Assembly: GCA_019058275.1 (NCBI GenBank)
Contig: JAHLVW010000075.1
Coordinates: 1 to 19,901 of the forward strand
Direction: 5' to 3'
Length of the DNA: 19,901 nt
DNA from: Candidatus Heimdallarchaeota archaeon
GTDB taxonomy: Archaea > Asgardarchaeota > Heimdallarchaeia > JABLTI01
Shown here piece after piece: positions 1 to 6,319 of the stretch; position 1 is the stretch's first letter, and every line of letters begins with the position of its first letter. The notes under the pieces were generated by a model. It saw only the letters and a program-made list of their open reading frames with translations. It made no database searches and was not told the origin of the DNA. Position numbers and translations under genes: made by a program.

Positions 1-372
1 AAGATATACAAGATAACTGAGAAAGGTAGTGAACGATTAAAAAATCTCAGAGAAGAGTGGACAAACAAAATAGCTTTTCTTATAGATATTGTCCCACCAG
101 AAAGAGGATATCATCCAATTAGGGGAAAGAAACACGAACCAAGGATTATTAGAGATCTAAGAGAGTTAAAGACAAAAGAGGAAGTTATAGATTATTTAGA
201 GCAGATAAAAAAATACTATATTGGAAGGAAGGATCGTCTGGCAAAAAGAATGGAAAACTTGGATCAAACAGTTAAGGAAGTAGATGAAGTCATTGTCAAT
301 GTAAACAAACAAGAACCATTCAGTAAGGAAGAAACAGAGAAGACTATTAGAGAAATATTAGTGAAAAAATGA
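1..372 (+). CDS. PadR-family transcriptional regulator, 5'-truncated by the window edge
   Basis: Not in the ORF track. Frame 1 is open from base 1 to TGA 370-372 and reads KIYKITEKGSERLKNLREEW, matching the PadR wing/C-terminal helix pattern (K-x-Y-x-I/L-T-x-K-G...L...W), followed by a coiled-coil-like tail. Confidence 0.7.
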   Translation, partial: KIYKITEKGSERLKNLREEWTNKIAFLIDIVPPERGYHPIRGKKHEPRIIRDLRELKTKEEVIDYLEQIKKYYIGRKDRLAKRMENLDQTVKEVDEVIVNVNKQEPFSKEETEKTIREILVKK

Positions 373-485
373 GTAAATTTCTTATTATAGTTTATTAATA
401 AGAAAAGTGTTCCAATAAGAAGACCTATTGTTATTAGACGAGGTCCATCAAGAAGAAGAAGAAGATAAAAAAGAAGGTTAAGAAA

Positions 486-1316
486 ATGGTAGATACAGGC
501 TCATATACTCTCAAACCCTTTCCCAAGTTTCGAGAGATAGTAAAGGAATCAGTTGAAGCTGGCAAAAGGATGAATCATGTTATCGGAATGACTGAGTATG
601 ATGTAACAAAAGCTCGAGAGATTATTCGTAAGCATAAGGAAAAAACCAAGGAAACCCTATCCTTTACAGCGTTCATTATAAAATGCCTTAGTCAAGCAGT
701 AAATGAAAATAAACAGATTCATGCGCTAAGGAAGGGTAGACGAAAGGTTATCATTTTCGATGATGTCAATATTCGATTGAACATTGAAAGAGAATTAGAT
801 GGTGTAAAAACTGCTACAATACATGTAGTTCGAAAAGCTAATGAGAAAAGCTATCGAGAAATACATGATGAAATTCGCAGAGCACAAGGAGCAAAGGGTT
901 ATTCCACAATGGAAGTTTCTGCAAGACAACAAAGAAGATATCGGAACAGGCAGAAACGGTTAATTGCTATGCCAAAAATTGCAAGAAGAGTAGTTTGGTG
1001 GAGACTGAAACATGACCCATTCTTTATTCAGAAGAATATGGGAACTGTTGGAGTAACTACTCTAGGAACGATGTTCAGGGATAGAACAGGATATGCAATT
1101 ACTAGCAGTCCTCAGACATTAAGTGTAGCTTTAGGAGCCATTGTAGAAAAACCTGGAGTAGTTAATAAGAAAATCGAAATCCGGGAATACCTTTGCACAA
1201 CAGTGATGTTCAATCATGATGTTGTAGATGGTGCTCCAGCAGCAAGATTCATGACCAGATTTGGAGATTTAATAGGAGAAGGATTTGGTTTAACTAATCT
1301 TGATTCTAAAAAGTGA
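486..1316 (+). CDS. 2-oxoacid dehydrogenase E2-like acyltransferase (catalytic domain only, no lipoyl domain)
   Basis: C-terminal FNHDVVDGAPAARF corresponds to the DHRxxDG catalytic motif. Also LSFTAFIIKCLSQA and MGTVGVTTLG segments. The 276 aa leave no room for lipoyl or E3-binding domains. Confidence 0.85.
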   Translation: MVDTGSYTLKPFPKFREIVKESVEAGKRMNHVIGMTEYDVTKAREIIRKHKEKTKETLSFTAFIIKCLSQAVNENKQIHALRKGRRKVIIFDDVNIRLNIERELDGVKTATIHVVRKANEKSYREIHDEIRRAQGAKGYSTMEVSARQQRRYRNRQKRLIAMPKIARRVVWWRLKHDPFFIQKNMGTVGVTTLGTMFRDRTGYAITSSPQTLSVALGAIVEKPGVVNKKIEIREYLCTTVMFNHDVVDGAPAARFMTRFGDLIGEGFGLTNLDSKK

Positions 1317-1346
1317 TGGGAATACCCCATACACTCTTTTTTCTTT
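1316..1346 (+). terminator. Short hairpin plus T-tract terminator after the E2-like gene
   Basis: ATGGG(1316-1320)/CCCAT(1326-1330) followed by TTTTTTCTTT, between convergent genes. Confidence 0.4.
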
Positions 1347-1368
1347 AGTAGCTCATTTTAAGGACTAA

Positions 1369-1731
1369 TTACTCTAATTGTAGGTGAAGGATGTCGTTTT
1401 CAACAAAGTGGATTATTTGTTGAAGAATTTCATCGTAAGAGAGAGTTTTCAACTCCTTGAAAGAACGATTAATTAGCTGATGAATATCTAAAGTTGTTTC
1501 GTCTCCATAATTCTCGATATAGTCTTCAAGAACAGAAACTAAGTGAACATCAGCTAAATCTGGATCAGCTAACTTTCGCTTGTTAATGAGCATAGGATAC
1601 AAGTAGTGGGTATGCAAGTGCTCCTCCATCAATGGTATAGCTGAATTGAATTGCTCAACGAAACCAGTGAATTCGTCTAGTTGTCTTTCAAAGACAGTTT
1701 CAAATCTTTTGAGTAAGTCCCAATTAGGCAT
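1369..1731 (-). CDS. Hypothetical acidic, helical protein (120 aa)
   Basis: ATG-initiated ORF with protein-like composition, filling the gap between neighbours; no recognisable motif. Confidence 0.65.
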   Translation of the reverse strand: MPNWDLLKRFETVFERQLDEFTGFVEQFNSAIPLMEEHLHTHYLYPMLINKRKLADPDLADVHLVSVLEDYIENYGDETTLDIHQLINRSFKELKTLSYDEILQQIIHFVENDILHLQLE

Positions 1732-1828
1732 TTTGTTGAAATTGGAAATATATAGAACAATAAAATAGTAAAATTACAAATCCCGGCAATAGTAACATTT
1801 TCAATTGATCAGTTTTAAGAAATGTCAA
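1724..1828 (-). CDS. Possible small membrane peptide (34 aa, TTG start)
   Basis: AAGGAGGA (1841-1834) lies 5 nt before TTG at 1828. Reads MTFLKTDQLKMLLLPGFVILLFYCSIYFQFQQNA*, and its end overlaps the start of 1369..1731. Confidence 0.3.
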   Translation of the reverse strand: MTFLKTDQLKMLLLPGFVILLFYCSIYFQFQQNA

Positions 1829-2183
1829 AGTAATCCTCCTTTAGACAACTCATTAAGTTAACTTGGAATATTAAACATGTAGGATTAAAGGAAATAAAGC
1901 TAATTAATATTTTTATTTAGCTTGCTCATGCCTAATAAAATTGTTTAGTTAGAGCATTTAATAATCATACATCCAATACCAACAAATAAAATTTAACTGA
2001 ATCGTTTATTGAATTTTTTTAATTAAAGAAATAGTTTTTTAAGGGGTTTTGATTTTTGTCGGTAAGTCAATAAGGTTTATAATCTGATGAAAAGATTCTC
2101 AATCTAAGAAATGAGGTGATATTAGTTTCAGTTTTAAATGATTACTACATATTCAGAGAACATGCTAAAAGGAGGAATGTATA

Positions 2184-2990
2184 ATTAATCTTAAAAGTGT
2201 TATTATACTATGTGCAGGATTTGGGAAAAGATTTAAACCAACAACAAATTTTTGCCCTAAACCGTTAATTCCTATAAATGAGAGACCGATTATTTGTTAT
2301 CTCATTGAAAATTATTTATGGAATGATTTCAAAGATTTTGTTTTTGTTATTGGGCATAAAAATAATATAATGCGAAAAAATCTTGAATCTTTGCAAAAGA
2401 AATATCAGAAGAAATATCCTGATAAAACTATCAACTTTCATTTTGCGTTAAATAACTACGTGTCTCGAGGAAATGGTTATAGTGGGTTCTTAGGATTGAA
2501 AAAAATCTACCAGGAAATGATTGATGATCGAATAGTGCTCTCCATGGGCGATCATCTCTATTCATATCGACTAATTGACCGTTTATGCAATCAAGAACCA
2601 ATTGATTCAGACATCATAATTGCTACTGATCCAGATCTGAATAATAGTTATCTCGATATAGCTGGAGCTACAAAAATAATGGGAGATAAAAATGGGTTTG
2701 TAGTTGATATTGGGAAAGAGATTAACAAATTTAATAGAATTGATATGGGAGTGTTTATCCTCAAAACAGAAATATTGTCACTAATCAATGAGATTGAAAA
2801 AGAACAGGAAATTTTTGGTTGGACAGATGTTGTTAGAAGAGCACTAACAGATGGATTGTCAGTAAATTACTTTGATACATTAGAACAAGAATGGATAGAC
2901 ATTGACAATTATTATGATTATAAAATTGCTACAGGATTAATTGATACTATAACCCAAAATTACACTAGCGAATATGAATTTATGGAATAA
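2184..2990 (+). CDS. NTP-transferase family cytidylyltransferase, inositol-1-phosphate cytidylyltransferase (IPCT)-like
   Basis: The frame is open upstream of the tracked ATG 2370 back to TAA 2166 and contains the essential N-terminal motif VIILCAGFGKRF...PKPL. Internal motifs LSMGDH, ATKI..D, IDMGVF and WIDID are IPCT-like. The start is inferred at ATA 2181 or ATT 2184, after SD AAGGAGGA 2169-2176. Confidence 0.8.
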   Translation: MNLKSVIILCAGFGKRFKPTTNFCPKPLIPINERPIICYLIENYLWNDFKDFVFVIGHKNNIMRKNLESLQKKYQKKYPDKTINFHFALNNYVSRGNGYSGFLGLKKIYQEMIDDRIVLSMGDHLYSYRLIDRLCNQEPIDSDIIIATDPDLNNSYLDIAGATKIMGDKNGFVVDIGKEINKFNRIDMGVFILKTEILSLINEIEKEQEIFGWTDVVRRALTDGLSVNYFDTLEQEWIDIDNYYDYKIATGLIDTITQNYTSEYEFME

Positions 2991-3089
2991 TTAATGCGAA
3001 ATCAAATTCATATTTGATATTCTCTTAACTTATATCTATTCTTATCTTCGGTTGAAAATGCATTAAAGAAAAAGCCATGAGTGAAATAA

Positions 3090-4580
3090 ATGAGTGAAAA
3101 CGTTATTGAAGAACAGGAAAGAATTGATTATAGAAAACGAGTGTTGATTTGGTTTACCAAAAGAACAGCAATTCAAACAAAGAAAAAACATCAACCTATC
3201 TATCTTCAAAAAAAACTTGCTAGACAATCACTCATGGATCGTCAATTAAAAATACTCGAGGATAATGGATTCCTAGAGGTGGCATTTATCTCCAATGAGG
3301 TAGAGCTATTAGAATCACTTAAGGAAGAATTAAAAGCAAATCAATGGGAAAAGGAAGGTTTTACATTTGAGTTCACGAGTCAAAATGATCTTGCTAATTA
3401 CCTAAACGGTTCGGAAAAACAAAAAACCAATGAAATAATTCTAAATTTATCAGATGAATGGTTATTTGATGAGAGAATAATTAGAAATTTGTCTGAAAAA
3501 ATGCTCAAAGAAATGAAAAATGAAAACAATAAACAAGTAGAATTTATTTTTATTCAGGAAGATAGGAAGGAAATCCAAAGGGAAAAACAGCATGATTTAG
3601 TGTCTGAGGAATTTCTGCCATTAGTTGGAATTGTAACAGGAAGCCAAAATACCATTAGTAAGCAATTAATAAGAGAAGGAAATCAAGAAGAGGTAAATAA
3701 GCCACTTGAAAAGATAATTACTTTTGGTTTAAAGAAATCTCATAAAATAATAACAATGACAGAAATGCCAACATATATGACGTCAATGAGAAGGAAATTA
3801 CCAATCCAATATTACCTAGTAAGAGAGAGAAAGGATTTAGCAAAAGTAAAATGGGCTTTAACAAAACAAACACAGAAAGGAACATTAGACTTCATAGCTT
3901 GGTACTTTAACAGACCATTAGAAAATCTAGTAGTTTATGTAATAGCAAATTTACCAGTAACACCAAACCAAATAACCATATTAGTAAATATTATTGCATT
4001 CCTAGTTGCAGGATGCTTTATAACCTCTCCCTATTTGCTGGAGAATTATGAATTAACCTCGAGAGTTCTTCCTTGGATAGGGTTCATTGGATTAATAGTT
4101 GTTAACATCCTTGATGGAGTGGATGGAAAGCTAGCTCGAATAAGAGGACGCTTAACATTGCTAGGGTACATAGAGCACAGTTTCGATCAATTATATGAGC
4201 AAACTGTGTATTTTGCTGCATGTTGGTATTGTTTAACAATAACAAGTCAACCACTTATTCCATGGTTATTACTAATTGTGGCTTTTCTAATAATTGACAC
4301 ATTCAATAGGCATGTGTCAATGCAATACTATAACGTAATGAGGATCTCATTGGCAGACAGTGGTAAAATAGATAGAGCATTTCGAAGAATAGATGGAAGA
4401 AGAAATACCTACACAATCCACATACTGATTTTCTTTCTTCTACCTTGGAAACAATTTCTTGTAATATCAATGTTAACTCATGCGACTATTACAGGAATAG
4501 TATATGCAACCAGAGCAATACAACATCTAAGAAAAGCTGACAAAGGGATTTTTCCTGAAATGAAAAAACAGGAAATATGA
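3090..4580 (+). CDS. CDP-alcohol phosphotransferase family protein with a degenerate N-terminal NTP-transferase-like domain
   Basis: YFNRP...VTPNQIT and LDGVDGKLAR-x8-GYIEHSFD signature with several TM helices in the C-terminal half. The soluble N-terminal ~260 aa lack an intact GxGxR motif. Confidence 0.85.
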   Translation: MSENVIEEQERIDYRKRVLIWFTKRTAIQTKKKHQPIYLQKKLARQSLMDRQLKILEDNGFLEVAFISNEVELLESLKEELKANQWEKEGFTFEFTSQNDLANYLNGSEKQKTNEIILNLSDEWLFDERIIRNLSEKMLKEMKNENNKQVEFIFIQEDRKEIQREKQHDLVSEEFLPLVGIVTGSQNTISKQLIREGNQEEVNKPLEKIITFGLKKSHKIITMTEMPTYMTSMRRKLPIQYYLVRERKDLAKVKWALTKQTQKGTLDFIAWYFNRPLENLVVYVIANLPVTPNQITILVNIIAFLVAGCFITSPYLLENYELTSRVLPWIGFIGLIVVNILDGVDGKLARIRGRLTLLGYIEHSFDQLYEQTVYFAACWYCLTITSQPLIPWLLLIVAFLIIDTFNRHVSMQYYNVMRISLADSGKIDRAFRRIDGRRNTYTIHILIFFLLPWKQFLVISMLTHATITGIVYATRAIQHLRKADKGIFPEMKKQEI

Positions 4581-4608
4581 TTTCAAAAATGAGATTATTG
4601 GATGATTT

Positions 4609-4628
4609 TGAGGATATTCTTATCCTCA
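4609..4628. terminator. Perfect 8-bp inverted repeat between convergent genes (possible bidirectional terminator)
   Basis: TGAGGATA-TTCT-TATCCTCA. Confidence 0.4.
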
Positions 4629-4635
4629 TAGGATA

Positions 4636-4860
4636 TCGGATGATGGTCTATCTTGGTTAACGCTCTCTAAAAGAGCTTGTGTTAACTTTTGATTCTCTGC
4701 GAGTCCGCCCAACTCCATTGCTGGAGGAACTTTCGTTTGATGGTTGACTGTGTGTCGCTAAAAAACTTCTCTCGAAACTCTTTCAGGAGTCGTTGCCTGA
4801 CCACAAGGCGTTTCTTTTGTGATACCGCTAGTAAAGCGAAGAATCTTTGCAGCAGAGTTG
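4636..4860 (-). ncRNA. Putative TnpB omegaRNA (scaffold overlapping tnpB 3' end, plus guide)
   Basis: Locally GC-richer segment with sense-strand hairpins TCAGG/CCTGA (4800-4783), CTCCA-GCAA-TGGAG (GNRA loop, 4726-4713) and GTTAAC..GCTCT/AGAGC-GTTAAC (4686-4656). This is the canonical location of TnpB omegaRNAs. Boundaries are approximate. Confidence 0.6.
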
Positions 4861-6214
4861 CTGCACTACTAGTATCTCTGTTTATTACTAACCCACAATC
4901 ACAACTAATAGTTCGTTCGGAGAGCAATTTGTTCTCCTTATTCATACAGTAGCTGCATCGTTTGGTTGTTCTTCGTTCACTGATCCTTATTACTTTCTTA
5001 CCTACTTTTTCTGCTTTGTAGGTTAAGAATCGAGCGAAGCGACCAATCGAACCACTGTTCTGCATACTTCTATGAAGACTTTTCTTGTTCTTCTTATCGT
5101 TCTTCTTGCTCTTACTCATTGCTTTAACATTCAAGTCACCAATGATTATAGTGTTTGCTTTGGTGTTCTCGACTATTTGTTTACTTATTTTGTGTTGGAA
5201 GTCTTTTCTTTGGTTTGCTTGTTTTGCAATCATTTTACTAAGTTTGTTATTATACCAGTGCCAGCGATTAGAATATTTTATGCAATGATCCCTTTTTTTT
5301 TGCACTTCCTCTATTTTTGGTTGCCAGTACTTGTCCACTCGCTTATTTTTGATGATTATTGTTTTTCCTTCGTGACTGTTCACAGCTGCAACCAAGTTGT
5401 TTATTCCCAGATCTATTGCCTGGTAAATATCATTGTTGTAGTACTCAGGGGTAGTTTGTTCGTATATGATCGATAGGAAGAATTCTTTGGTTTTATGTAC
5501 TTGGTAAATGGTTACTTGCTTCACTTTTTTGTTTGCGAAGGTGAATTTTCCTTGCATCTCGAAAGTGAGATTTACTTTTTTCGTTTCTTTTGTAGGATAA
5601 AAATGAGTAAAGGTTATCTTGTTTCCTTGAATTTTGAATCCGCTTTGATTATAGTGTATAGTGGTAAAGTATTTCTTCCCTTTGAATCCAGGTGGTCGTG
5701 CATCTTCATCTCCGTTATCTCTTAGAGTGTAAAACGAACGGTAATCCGCTTCTAATTGCTTTAGGGTGTCTTGCAGTGTTTTCGAGTAATTTTGTTGGTA
5801 TCGAGGATAGATTTCTTTTAGTTTTGGTAATTCTGCTGATTGCTTGTTATAGGTTGGTTTACTTTCTTTGTCTTGCTTCTTTTTTGGCAGGTGTTTATTT
5901 TTGTCCCACCATTCTTTTCTTTCTTTATTAGCGAAATAATGTATTAATCGACAGTTTTCTGCTAGTGCCCAGAGGATTTCTTTTTGTTCTATTGTTGGAT
6001 GGATTTTTACTTTAGCGGTTAATTGTAGTGGTTTCTTCTTTGTAGGTTTGGTTATTTGTTGTACTTGCTGTAGTGCTTTTTCTAATTCGTCCTTCGGAAG
6101 ATCAGCTATGAGTGTTTTGTAAGCTCTCTTTGTTAGTCTGTGATCTTTTGCGAACATTTTCTTCAATATTCTCTTTGTATGGTTAACTATATATTAAATT
6201 TATAAGGAGTTCAC
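4656..6214 (-). mobile_element. TnpB-only (IS1341-like, no tnpA) element; ends approximate
   Basis: tnpB with no Y1 or serine transposase in the window. A right-end-like hairpin ends at GTTAAC 4656. The left end is uncertain (GTGAAC motif at 6214-6209 on the minus strand). Confidence 0.5.
4682..6166 (-). CDS. tnpB: RNA-guided endonuclease TnpB (IS200/IS605/IS607 OrfB)
   Basis: N-terminal KVKIHPTIEQ...L, PPGFKG, RuvC-I AIDLGINNL, RuvC-II region IIIGDL, zinc finger CSYC...CDCG and RuvC-III NRD. Start is TTG 6166 or ATG 6157. Confidence 0.93.
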   Translation of the reverse strand: MKKMFAKDHRLTKRAYKTLIADLPKDELEKALQQVQQITKPTKKKPLQLTAKVKIHPTIEQKEILWALAENCRLIHYFANKERKEWWDKNKHLPKKKQDKESKPTYNKQSAELPKLKEIYPRYQQNYSKTLQDTLKQLEADYRSFYTLRDNGDEDARPPGFKGKKYFTTIHYNQSGFKIQGNKITFTHFYPTKETKKVNLTFEMQGKFTFANKKVKQVTIYQVHKTKEFFLSIIYEQTTPEYYNNDIYQAIDLGINNLVAAVNSHEGKTIIIKNKRVDKYWQPKIEEVQKKRDHCIKYSNRWHWYNNKLSKMIAKQANQRKDFQHKISKQIVENTKANTIIIGDLNVKAMSKSKKNDKKNKKSLHRSMQNSGSIGRFARFLTYKAEKVGKKVIRISERRTTKRCSYCMNKENKLLSERTISCDCGLVINRDTSSAATLLQRFFALLAVSQKKRLVVRQRLLKEFREKFFSDTQSTIKRKFLQQWSWADSQRIKS

Positions 6215-6319
6215 TGAAAGTAATAACATTTTAATTAAAAGAACAGTTAAACAATTAATTTTTCGTACAGCTTAACAAAGGGGTATTTAAGAAGAAATAC
6301 CTACTACTATTACAGGAGC

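Noticed and set aside
3077-3099. Duplicated ATGAGTGAAA at the CDP-alcohol phosphotransferase start
   Set aside because: A short local duplication giving only a 6-codon out-of-frame ORF; no evidence of function.
4689-5931. Plus-strand ORFs 4689..4952, 5072..5476, 5085..5288, 5495..5725 and 5692..5931
   Set aside because: Antisense shadows of the Lys-rich tnpB gene; the Phe/Leu richness simply mirrors A-rich codons.
4654-6187. 8-bp direct repeat TGGTTAAC (4654-4661 and 6180-6187) as a target-site duplication around tnpB
   Set aside because: IS200/IS605/IS607 elements do not make TSDs, GTTAAC recurs locally, and the left copy would exclude the promoter. Likely chance.
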